The notes beneath the pieces were generated by a model. That model made no database searches. It saw nothing but the letters and a program-made list of their open reading frames with translations, and was not told where the DNA came from. Of a stretch of DNA of 64,000 nucleotides, positions 36,683-49,167 are shown one piece after another; position 1 is the stretch's first letter; every line of letters begins with the position of its first letter. Origin of the DNA: Balanoglossus misakiensis (Eukaryota > Animalia > Hemichordata); NCBI GenBank assembly GCA_040954595.2, contig JBECUI020000026.1:248001-312000 (forward strand), written 5' to 3'. Position numbers and translations under genes: made by a program.

Positions 36683-39600
36683 CTGACCTCATTAATTATG
36701 TGCATAGCTAATTACAGGCGAACCAATAGACCTAGAGGTTTTCTTTTTGTTGGACAGGACCAGTATGGGGTCAAATGTTTTTACCCAAATGTTGGGTGAC
36801 CTCTGGTGACCTTTGACCTACTTTCGCAAATCTCAGCATCCACAGCAGATACAGCCTTGGCGTTTGGAGGTATGGGGCCATAATGAAAAGCCAAAGTTTT
36901 GGGTCACCTGTGACACCTGCTTAACTCATTATTTATGTGCATACCTAATTCCGGGCTAACCAAAAGGGCTATGGGTCAAAATTTTCTGCCGAAATTGTGG
37001 GTGACCTCTGGGTGACCTTTGACCTACTTAACACTATATCAGCACTAAACATAGATATAATCTTGATATTTCATGGGATAAAACACAACATTATGTTTCT
37101 ACTCATTAATTATGTGCATATCTAATAATCAGATCAGATAATAGAGCTTGGGCCCGGACAATGCTGCTTGCAGCTTTAATTCTTTCTTTCTTTCTTTATT
37201 CTTGTGTCATTTCTTTGTCGCTCTAGATCTCAGACACCGCTGCAGGTACACTTCTCAAACTTGCTACAGTGGTCAAGGTCAATGGGTAGTCGTGCATTGA
37301 ACTCTTGAATTTTTAATTAGTCACGTGACATGGCGGCCATATTGGATTTTCTGAAAAAATGCAAATCTCAGATCTCAGAAACTACAAGTCAGATTTACTT
37401 CAGATTTGGTGTGCTGGTAGTGTACCTTCTGCCCATCATTTTTGTAATTGGATATTTTGCTGTCAATGTTGCAGATTTTTTGCTACAGTTGTTTTTCTGA
37501 AATCTGGTCAAAATTTCAAAAATCTTCTTCTCCAGAACCGGCGATAACCGAGTCACGCGGTTTGGGGTATGTGGTCACCAAACTGAGGTCTATCAAGTTT
37601 GCGAAGATCATTGTGATTGGTCGAAGATTAAGGCGGCCATATTGGATTTTCGAAAAACCCTAGTAAAATTTCAAAAATCTTCTTCTCAAGAACCGGCGAT
37701 AACTGAGTCACAAGATTTGGTGTGTGTGGTCATTAAACAGATGTCTATCAAGTTTGTGAAGAGGAATGTGATTGGTCGAAGATTATGGCGGCCATATTGG
37801 AGTTTGTGAAAAACGATTAAAAAGTAAAAATTCCCTTTCTAGCCTAAATATTGATAGCACAGAAATTCTTTTTATGGATATGACTCATCATATGACAAGA
37901 ATAAGCTATAAATATTTTGGTAATTTTGGCAATGACCTTTGACCTACTTTTGATGCATCATTTTTCGGCATATCTAATTACAGGCTAACCAATAGGGCTA
38001 TAAGTTTGGTTTTGGATGTATGTGGATTTGTATCTGATCAAAATATTTTGCTACTTTTCATGACCCCTTTGACCTCTGCTGACCTCATTAATTATGTGCA
38101 TAGCTATTTACAGGCGAACCAATAGAGCTAGAGGTTTGGTTTTTGTTGAACATGGACCAGTATGGGGTCAAAAGTTTTTGCCCAAATGTTGGGTGACCTC
38201 GGGTGACCTTTGACCTACTTTTGCATATCTCGACATCCACAGCAGATACAGCCTTGGCGTTTGGAGGTATGGGGCCATAATGAAAAGCCAAAGTTTTGGG
38301 TCACCTGTGACACCTGCTTAACTCATTATTTATGTGCATACCTAATTCCGGGCTAACCAAAAAGGCTAAAGGTCTGGTTTTTGTTGGATATGGACCACTA
38401 TGGTTCAAAAAAATTTGCCCAAATTGTGGGTGACCTCTGGGTGACCTTTGACCTACTTAACACTATTCAACACCAAACATAGATATAACTTTGATATTTC
38501 ATGGGGATAAAACACAGCATTATGTTTGTTCTCATTAATTATGTGCATATCTAATAATCAGATCAAATAATAGAGCTTGGGCCCGGACAATGCTGCTTGC
38601 AGCTTTAATTCTTCTTCTTCTTCTTCTTCTTCCGAGAAATTCGGCCAGGTAGATCTGGAAAACCGCTGCACCTTGGGGGCTGAAACTTGGTAGGGTGATA
38701 GGGGCCAATGAGTAGACGTGCAGTGGCTCGTGAATATTTAATTAGTCACGTGACCTGGCGGCCATATTACATTTCCTGACAATCGTTAAACGAGTCCTTC
38801 TCAAAAACTACTGGGCCGATCGAGTTCAAATTTGGTGTGCAGGTAGCCTACCTTCTGTCCATCATTTTACCCCATTGAAATCATGACGTCACACATAAAG
38901 TTTTTTTGCTACAATTGATTTTCTGAAAAACTACTTAAAACTTTAAAAATCTTCTTCTCCAGAACCAGCGATTGCCGAGTCACAGGATTCGGGGTATGTG
39001 GTCACCTAACCTATGTTTATCAAGTTTGCGAAGCGCACTGTGATTGGTCGATCATTATGGCGGCCATGTTGGATTTTCGGAAAACCATTGAAAAATGACA
39101 ATTCTGTTTTGTAGCCAAAATGTTGACAGCACGTAAATTCTTTTTTGGATATGAGTCATCATATGACCGGAAGTTGTTACAATTTTTCGGGGCAATTTTG
39201 ACATGACCTTTGACCCAGTTTTAAAACAACTAATTATATATGCATATCCCCATACCTCCTCTTGTAAAAGCACCACAGTCATGAATTTTGTGGACATGGG
39301 TACCAATGCTGCCAGGACATGACACAACTATTTTGGTAATTTTGGCAATGACCCTTGACCTATTTCTGAAACATCATTTTTCTGCATATCTAATTCCAGG
39401 CTAACCAATAGGGCTAGAGGTCTGGTTTTAGTTGGACATGGCCCACTCTGGGGTCAACATTTTATGCCCAAATTTTGGGTGACCTTGGATGACCTTTGAT
39501 CTAATTTCCCATATCTCAGCATCCACAGCAGTTAGAGTCCTGGCTTTTGGAGGGCCGATGGAGCAGATATGGAGTCTTACACAAGACCTCATTAATTATG

Positions 39601-39822
39601 CGCATACCTAATTCTAGGCGAACCAATAGGGCTAGGTGTTTGGTTTTTGTTGGACCTAGACTAGTATGGGGTCTGATTTTTTTGCCCAAATTTGGGGTGA
39701 CCTCAGGTGACCTTTGACCTACTTTCCAATATCTTGGTATCCACAGCAGATACAGCCTTGGCATTTGCTTGTTACCATGGGAACCGCTTGTGCCCCGCCA
39801 ACGCTGCTTGCAAGTTTAATTG
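36683..39822 (+). mobile_element. Head-to-tail array of Helentron-type non-autonomous elements (about 3, the first truncated)
   Basis: 3' end motif gctgcttgcaRSYttaatt at ~37163, ~38592 and ~39803, the first two followed by (CTT/CTTT)n. ~200-bp internal units with tgacctttgacc. 36683-37180 is nearly the same as 38080-38610. Confidence 0.7.
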
Positions 39823-40058
39823 TATTTTGCATTTTCTCACGGTGGCGACCATATTCCTTTGCGGCGAAGATTTATTATTTGTCTGGTTTAAACTTGCATA
39901 TGCACTCATACTTAGGGTTCATAATACTTGTACATAGTTCAGTGCATACTTCTGTATGGGCTAAAGGTGGTGCAGTTTGAAAAAAGTGTGATAATTTCCC
40001 AAAAGTACCAGCTGATGCACCGATTTATGTCTAATCTCTGTTTTGAATTTCTTGGCAG

Positions 40059-43000
40059 CTTAACCCAAGTTGATAGTACCCTTCTTGTCCTGGACAGAAG
40101 TCTATCTGTCAGTACAAATGGTGTAACCGTATCAGTAGATGACAACTCGTGGCATAATGTTGTCATGGTAATTGAAGAAGGCATTGTGGCAGTTTACTTG
40201 AATGGTGTTGCAGTAACATCACCCCTTCCATCCTGGACAGGTATCGATGACTCAGAAAAGTAAGTTGCTAGTGGAACTCCGAACATTTTTAACTCCTACA
40301 AAGCCATAGAAAATTGTCATCATCACATGTTAAAATTCTATATTTTCCTATACTGTCAAGTTTTCCCAAGCCTCAAGAGAAGTGAACCATTTATTTGTGA
40401 AGCAGTTATCTTGTTTATAACTTATCTGCTAGGTAGCTTGTCTTACTCCTACATGACAATACAATATCATCATAACATGTTGCGACTTACAACAAAACTG
40501 GCCAAAAAAATCAAGGGAGCAAACTATGGACATCAGCAAAGCTATCTTCGTGGCACTTTCAAATTCAAACTTATGCGGAACGATACTGATTTTCACAGTT
40601 TATTTTTGACAACTTCTTACCAGCACTTTTAATGAATTCATTATTCTCTTGTTTTTCAACAGCTGTATGGTAATTCTTGGTCAAAGCTATGACGAAAATG
40701 GACTCCTTGACAACTATTTTAGCTTCCATGGTGATGTTACACAGATGAATGTATACGATTATGTATTGACTCCTGTTGAAATCCAGAGTCTGGCTTTGAA
40801 CTGTTCACAAAGTCCACTTGGCAATCATGTCATGTGGGTTGAAATGGATCAAGAGTTATTGGGTAGTGTGGTCAAAATCCAGCCATCAGCTTGTGGAAGT
40901 ACCAGGTGCCCAATTGGTTACTCTGGTTCACCATGCACACCTGTTGGTAAATAGCCTTATTCATTACTATCAAACAATTTTATGCATAATCTGACGAGGA
41001 GAAATTGGGTCATATTCACAGAGTTGATTAATCCTAAATCCTTACTTTAACACAGCTCTCCTTGTAATGTTGTGTCTGTCCAGGGAAAACTGTGTGAAAT
41101 TTTGAGTAGTTTTTCCTGTGTACATTCACCAGCCCCTAGCTGCTGTGTGTTGTACTCCAATCACACAGCCTGCAATCTCCCTACTTTAGGAAGTATAGGG
41201 AATCATCATCTGCCCATGCCTGTATCGCTCACTCTTTTTGTTTCTACCGTACATGTATTTAACACTGAATGTAATGATACTATTCACAACCACCATCACC
41301 ATCATCATCATCATAATCATCATCACCACCACCACCACCACCATCATCATCATCATCGTCATCATCATCACCATCATCATCATCAGTTTCTGCTGTTCCA
41401 AGAACTAGGCTTATCATGAGTGTAATTGATCATATCAGTTATTATGCCTATGGATACCATCTCATGACTCCTGTCCTATCTTGTAGTGTTTCTTGACAGT
41501 GATCTAGTCTATTCACATGTATCAGAAAACAAGCACTTAACAATATCTGGATTTCTCATGAATATGTGACAGATATTAACATCTAGTAGTGCATTTACCT
41601 AAATGTACCAGTGTATGCATAGGGGGTGTGGACCAGTTGTTTAATTTACAAACATTTGTTATTCTTTCATTTTTTTTTTCTTCAGATAAACACGCTCCTG
41701 AAGTCATTTACTGTCCTAATACGACCCGTATAATTAGTCCTAATAGCTTGACAACAGGAGTATGGCAGGAGCCTATATTTACAGATTATGTCGCCATTGC
41801 CAATGTGACACAAACCTACACAATGGGTAAGTTTCCTATAAAATATCATTTCTGATTATAGATAATATATAACATTCACACTAACTAAGTTTTTTTTATC
41901 GGGGTGGGGTGGGGAGTTGATCTAAACAGAAACCAACAAGCTGAGACAACTTTCCTAAGATTATGGTCAGTATGAAGCATACTGGTACAGTTTATTCTTG
42001 TGGCCGTTACTCATATATGGCTAGCACATCCTATGTGCGACAGATGATCTTGCTTCCAAGTATTAAAGCCTCAATTGCTGATACTATTACCATATGTTTA
42101 TAGGCCCTTTCCTCGATCCCAGGGCAGTACAATGAAGTTAAAACTCGAAAGCATTTGTGTTTGCACGTAATTGTTTATAGGAAACAAAAGATTTGACCAA
42201 CTGTTGAGCAAGGCCTTTAATCAGTAAAGTACTTAATATTCTCCACTACTACTGGGGATACCCATACCACAAATGTTGTGTTCTCTTACAATGGGCAGTT
42301 GAATAAACGTGTGCGGCACCATATCTGTTTAGTATACATATCTTGTTCATGTTTATATGTACAGTCACAATCAGGAGTTGATAATATGCCTGTGTATACC
42401 CACCAGATAGCTCACTTAAATGGACCATTCTAAGTTTGAAAAGAAAATCATGAAAAACATTCAAGAAACGGAAGCTATTTTGGCTTTAGCACCCATGCCT
42501 GTAATGATGTGCATAATTTTGTTCTTACAGGTGACACCTTTTCCTGGGGAACCTACCAGATCAGCTATGTTGCTTCAGATACAGCTGGCAACAATGCACA
42601 GTGCAACTTTTTACTCTATGTACTGCGTGAGTGAATTTTTTTATCATTCATACATAAACTTTACAAATTAATTAATATCTTGACAAATTGTCATCTCTAC
42701 CCCTTGTTATGTCTTGTCACATACTGTAAAACGGGACATTTTCGTGACAGAAAATATTTTGCAATATATCAAAAGAGGCAACTGTGACACGAGAATTAAA
42801 TTTCCGCATTCTAGTATTTTACTAACTACTCTGTTATCTCTGAAAAACATTTTATGCGACTTTATTTTCTTCTTTTTTTTTGCCGAAGTTTGGGAAAATT
42901 TGCCGTTTTACAGTAATATGATTGCATCATTATCACTTTTGTCCCTATGTAACTATCAAAAATTATAACAACATCATTCAGAACATACAAGGACACTCAA

Positions 43001-46000
43001 ACCCGTCTAAAACAAACCCTGTCTAATCGGGAAACCTCTCTTCAACCAACAGCTTTTCCTAGTCCCTTTTACATAGAAACATGTTAATGTGTTGGTGTTC
43101 TGTTTAAAAGATTTGACTGTGTAATAAATATGGGTGTCACACATACACCATTAAGACAGTTCTGAAGCATCTCAGAATTGATACTGTCTTAAAAAAACAT
43201 GTGTGGACGGTGTAAGTGGTCCTGAAACGTCTCAGATTTTAGACGGCTCTGCCAGCCAGACCTGAGCCGGTGTAAGGATTAACACCTCTCCGCAACCCAT
43301 TGTCTATGGGGCCGAGCCTCAGCGCCCATACATAAACTTTGTGTGTGTGGACACAACATGACTCAAAGGATTAATGCTCTGTGGTTAGCACTGGCAAATA
43401 GTGTCTCAAATTTTACCCTGTGTGAACCTGGTAAAAGAGGCATTGTGCCCTAGTGGCTAGGGTTGTGGGTTCGTTACCTAGACCTGGACATTTGGGTAGT
43501 ATTTGCCTGTTGGATGATATATGAGACACAGACATTTGGGTAGTATTTGCCTGTTGGATGATAGATGAAATAAAATTAAAAATATATATATAGACAAATA
43601 AACTGTGTTCTCCTTTCTTTTACATCATTTGATTGTGAAAAGCCAGCACCACCAGTTAAAGGTATTTCCATCTGTAATGAGTTTGAGTCGGGTGTGTTCT
43701 GTCAGGTGGATTGTTTACCAGGATACAAGTTTGCAAGCCTGCCAGCACCTTACTATCTCTGCCATAGTGAAGGATCTTTTAATCCTGAGAATCCAGACGA
43801 GGAATTCACCTTCCCTGGATGTTCAGGTGAGAAAAAAATGATTTGGTATCAGTAAAGAAATATAATCAGGTTGCACATGCACATTCAGAAAATTCTCCAA
43901 AGAGAGAGAGTTGTGAGAGGGGGTATTCCAGCATTGAGACAATTTTCTTTTAGTTATAAATGAAAAGAGAAATATGAGTAATGCAAATTCTTGCTTTACA
44001 GTATGTCAAGGTTGTGATTACAGGTAGATAATTTGTTAACATCATATCTGCTTACCCCAATAAAAAGCTCCAGTACATTTGAGCTATTTTCTTAATATTT
44101 TGTTCTGGGTAAGCAGCTGTAACTTTCCTGATTGGCTAAGCGGTTTCGCAGTCTAAGTCAATACATCGTTCGCTAGATTGAAAATTGCATCTTTAACAAA
44201 ATTTGTTTGTTTGTATTGTTCTACTGCAGCTCCTGGGAAGACTCAACGTGGAGTGAATTGTGGCGTGTCATACAATTCACAGGCTGGTACATGTAACAAT
44301 GGTGTCATCCAGCAATTGAGGATCAGTTTTATGAACACTATCAACTATCTGAATGATTTGTTTGGTATTTGTGGCGGTGAATGCAACTTTGATGACCTTG
44401 AAATAACCTGCGGCGCCTCAAACCGAAGAAAGAGACAGGCTGATACTCAGCTTGTGGTTCAGTTCAGTTTCACAACCAATGCGTGAGTAGTAATTGTTAT
44501 TTTTCGAGTATTTCATTCCCCTTCTGTTCTATTGAAATGACTTTGGTGACATGTCTAGGGTACTGATCCCAGGCTGTGTGAGGACCAGCTCTGTATTCCC
44601 TATACAGCTGGTGTTTGCATTATTGCAAAATATTCCATTCATGCAAGTGAAAACAAATTATTTTGTGTCTTAACACTCAAACATTTTCAGTTTTTGGCAA
44701 CCCCATCATTTCTGCCCACCTTCCTTCATGTTGCGGCATCCTGTATTCTAAAGATTCATGCATTCGAAATATACTGCAAAACGTGTTATTTTCGCGAGCA
44801 GTAAATTTCTGCAAAACATGTGCTGGTCAAAAAAACGTTAAAATAAAAAGTTGTGTAAAATGTTTTTGGAGATAATGATGCAGTTAGTGAAATACGAGAA
44901 CTCGAAAATTCGTCCTCACGTAACAGTTGCCTCTTTTAATATCGCGAAAATTTCCTGTCGTGAAAACAATTCAGTTTACAGTACACACTTCTGGTTGGTA
45001 TTGTAATGTGGCATATGTAAGAATTTTTTGCCTGTTGTTTTATCCATTAGCTCTGCTGATGCTGCAGTTGTAGTTATTGAAGATGCAGTCAAGAATGGTC
45101 CTTTTGATACAGCTGAATATTCGGTCGACGCTGAGACATTACAAGTTGAAAGTACAATATTCTGTTCCAATAGTAGTGTTCTTGTTGGAGAAGAATGTGG
45201 TGAGTGCCTATACTCCTCAGTTGTTATGTACTTTAACCCTTTCACTCCCAGTTTCCTCTATAGAGGTCAAACCTTACCATAGAAAACAATTGGTTTGGAC
45301 TGAACCATGGTGGTGAAAGGATTAAAACTGTGTCCAAAATTAATATTATAAAAAGGTGTAGATGTTAATATGTTTATATCGCCTGATATGACCTGTTAGG
45401 TGGGCCGTATTGCTGCGAGTGTGGTTGTGAGTCGCAGTGTACAAATTAAAGACAAGTGTGAGTGGTAAATACAACCCAACCAAGAGGTGATATAAGGAAA
45501 TAATTGATTTGATATGCTCATACCAAGGAGGGACAAAGTCTCTTTCTCGCTGCCCTTTTTCCATTAATTATGTTTGATAGAAGACACAGTTAATGTTATT
45601 CTACATGTGGATATATAGTGAATCAACATTCAACCACACACAACTGCAATCCCACTTGTAGACACAAGAGTGAAAAACTGGCCAAAATGAATGCTGTGTG
45701 TTACAATTGTAGTTGTGTTTTAAACCATTAATGCATAATGATCAGTACATGAACAATGTATACATCTGCCTTCAACATTTTGTATTTCCACAGTATTGTG
45801 TCCTGAAGGGTCGTACCATGACACTGAGCTGAGTCAGTGCCATCCTTGTGCAATTGGATATTATCAACCCCTTGAAGGACAAACAGCATGCAATGCCTGT
45901 CCAAATAATGGAGTCACCAGGGGAAAGAGATCATTATCCATCTTGCAGTGTTTTGGTATGTATAACAGAAGGCAATATCTCCTCCTCGTCCACAGCCATA

Positions 46001-49000
46001 GCCTAGTATCTAGCCGTATTCCAAAACTAGCGTCTAGCCTCACTCATGCCACTGGCCCGATAAAACCCCATACCCCTTGCCGGGAATTGTGACGTATATA
46101 TCAAATTATTGTGGTGTGATCCAATATGGAAAGAATGACAATTGGAATGTTCATCTCTTTGGTTGAAAAAATAATTTTTCAACAATGATGTCTATTGCAG
46201 AGAGGTGCGATGTTGGTCACTACTTTGACAACGGGACTTCTCAGTGCCAAAGCTGCCCCATTGGATTCTGGCAATCAGAAGAAGGAAAGTTTGTGTGTAA
46301 TACTTGCCCAAAGGGAATGCTTACATTAGTTGAAGGAGCTACTGATGAGTCACAATGTCAGGGTAGGTACTTGTGTTATTTGCTATTCTTGACTATCAAT
46401 CACATGATCTGGCCATGTGACGTACCCATGGCGTTATCATTTGTAAGTGACAGGCAAGCAATATTTCGGCATCCAGTAAACTTTTTTCCGAGTAGGTTTT
46501 TACTTTAGAACCGCCAGATATGTAACATATTCAACAGTTTAACAAATTCACGTGAGTGAAAAGCAGATAATCGTGAATATCAAAAAATTAATCTTCTCAA
46601 TTACAGAGGTATGTAAATCAGTGGGAGTCCAACTTAGTGTCAATGGGTCTTGTGAGTCGTGTCCCATGGGAACCTATCGATCAAATGCTGAACTTCAGCC
46701 ATCTTGTATGCCGTGCCCATTTGGCTTCACCACAAGAACAGTCGGTTCAACCTTAAGTGAAGATTGTAATGTTTGTAAGTATTATGTATACAACTTTTCA
46801 TGTTGTATCTCAACTGTACTGAACTGAAGGTTGTATTATTGTGCCTCAGTTGTTCAAAATAATGATAGTCCTCCAATTTTATTCTATGCTCTTTTTCCAT
46901 TCCATCAACAGCTTACTGCAATGTTGGTTGGTACTTGAATCAGGAGTCCTATAGATGTGAGAAATGCCCTGTTGGAACATATAACTTTGAATTCAACCAG
47001 GATGCTTGTCAACCATGCCCAACTGGCTACACTACAGGCAGAGAGGGTACCCTATATGAAACAGAATGTGATGGTAGGAATAAATTTTTCATAATCATAG
47101 AACTGATAACATGCATGAAGTGCTTGTGGAGATCAACCTTAACTGTTCAATCTGACACAAACACTTCATTATAAGAAATTTTCTTCTTTATTTAGAGTAT
47201 CATTTGATATGTGTGTGATCCAATATTTTTATATAATTTAATAATGCTCCTCTTTTAACACCTTTTCTGAAAATTTCACGGAAATAACAATATTGTAATA
47301 CTGTTTTCTCAGAATTCTACATGTTAGGCTATGGAATGTGATAACCATGCACTGCATCTGGGTAGTCATCTAACTTAAAGGTATACAGTCACCTCCAATT
47401 TACAAACGCCCATATATGGCTGAAATGGAGTATATGAGAGTTCTAAAGAACATATGGTGGCGCTCTTTTTTGCATGTGCCACCCACTGAAAATCTGTGAT
47501 TGGCTAGATCTCCTTTTGCCATGGTAACTATAGCTAATTTTCCATAGGTGACCGTATACCTTTAACTGGTGATATGTATGAAGATCCCATAGTTTTATTT
47601 GGTGGTCAGTTAAAGACATTGCAAGAATTTTTGTTTTCTAGATGCACATGAATGTCGTCTTGGTCTGGATGACTGTCACCCAAATGGCACTTGCAGGAAT
47701 CTTGTACCAGGATATGAATGCACTTGCAAAACTGGTTTCACTGGTGATGGAATAACTTGTACAGGTATGTAACTATCTACAACTGAAATGTCAACAGAAA
47801 TATGTACAGCTAAAACGTAGAAACTACTGTTGATTTAGTATCTCTCTTGCTGCCCTTTTTCCATTAATTATGTTTGATACAAGACACTGTTTATGTTATT
47901 CACCCGGTACATGTGGATATATAGTGAATCAACGTTCGACAGCACACAACTTCCATTCCGTTTGTAAGAAATGAATCTGCAAGTGGGTTTAGTTCTTGTC
48001 TAATACAAATGGTTCGTCAGGTAGAATAATGTGATGTGATTTTATTCTTGTGTCTAGATAAATGTGAAGGGTTCTGCTCAAACAATGCTGTTTGCATCAA
48101 GGACAGTGATGGCAATCCTGTTTGTGAATGTACTGATGAATATCAAGGTGAAACTTGCCGCCAGAGAATACCAATGCAAGTTAAAGGTGTGTATACATTT
48201 CTTTGTCTTTTAATAACCCAAGATTGAAAAACAATATTCACTAAAGTTTACACATTTGTTTGATCTACATGATTACAGTTTACGTTGTCTTGAAAATATT
48301 TGTGAAAATGGTGAAACTGCAACATCTGCAGTATAACTAGATTTTTGGTCAACTAACCATTTTACAATAGTTAAGCATCATAATGAATGGTTGTCTTGCT
48401 TTTATCGTAGCATATCGCCCCCGTGACAAATAGAAATATTTAAACTCTTACAGATTCCTCCGTTGACACAGCTGTCATCATTGGTGGTGTTGCGGGAGGT
48501 TTAGCGGCTGTGTTAGTGCTTGGTGTAATAATGTTACTCATGTACCAACGGTAAGTTATTTAGTACTACCAGAGTAGAATCGAGACAGCTGTAGAAATGT
48601 TGCCCATCAGAAAACTGGGAATTTACCTGTATCTTTCCATACATGCATGAGGCAACATGAAAAATAATCACATCTGTATCGTGGAAGCAAATTTATTCAA
48701 AGAGTTCATGCATAGACCTATTCGCGTATAGGGTAACTGCAGTGCATCATGGTATAATTTGCGTTCAACATGCATGGCGGCTAACAAGGCAAAGTCACGC
48801 GACCAGACCGCAAAGTGTCCAACAACCACCTGCGTTATTCTACAGTAGTAACAACATCACAACAAATCCCACATTGATGATGTTCAACTATTTGACATTC
48901 AGGTGTGCTCTTGGAGGAAAGAAACATCCAGGCTGGGAAGAACAAGAGGCAACTATGGATATCCATTGGTTTGATGATACAGATGATGTTGATAGCAAGG

Positions 49001-49167
49001 CAGGGAAAAGTGTGGAAGATGAGGAAGCCTTCAGAGAAATCTATCACTACAATCCCATGTATAGTGGCGACAGTGGTAGTGCCAGTGGAAGTGAGGAATG
49101 GAGACCAAGGCCTCTTAAGAGTAGAAATGAACTATTTCATGAGAGTCACGGAGACAGATACTTCTAA
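40059..49167 (+). CDS. 3' portion (15 exons) of a type I membrane protein: pentraxin-EGF-HYR-CCP-RRKR linker-GCC2/GCC3 repeats-EGF_CA-EGF-TM-tail (SVEP1/uninflatable-like); possibly a truncated pseudogene copy
   Basis: Phase-compatible exons: 40059-40259, 40663-40946, 41686-41826, 42531-42626, 43626-43826, 44230-44482, 45051-45199, 45794-45955, 46201-46362, 46607-46774, 46912-47073, 47642-47764, 48058-48186, 48454-48550 (TM AVIIGGVAGGLAAVLVLGVIMLLMY), 48903-49167 (stop). Introns are GT-AG except the acceptor at 43624-43625 (AT). Confidence 0.88.
41288..41385. repeat. (CAT/CAC)n microsatellite, intronic
   Basis: Direct reading; explains the poly-His/poly-Met ORFs. Confidence 0.95.
42724..42913. 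mobile_element. Tc1/mariner-type MITE (TA TSD); a related decayed copy lies at ~44772-44983
   Basis: TA-CTGTAAAACGG...CCGTTTTACAG-TA. Confidence 0.65.
45237..45321. mobile_element. Tiny piggyBac-like MITE
   Basis: TTAA-CCCTTTCAC...GTGAAAGGA-TTAA. Confidence 0.5.
47379..47561. mobile_element. Kolobok-like MITE
   Basis: TTAA-AGGTATACAGTCACCT...AGGTGACCGTATACCT-TTAA. Confidence 0.75.

Larger units (their letters stand above)
26342..36686 (-). repeat. Right arm of a giant inverted repeat
   Basis: Reverse complement of 10526-20005 with arm-specific insertions. ORFs 19841+ and 26333-26521(-) translate almost identically. Confidence 0.92.

Noticed and set aside
41072-41419. Poly-His protein
   Set aside because: Intronic (CAT/CAC)n microsatellite.
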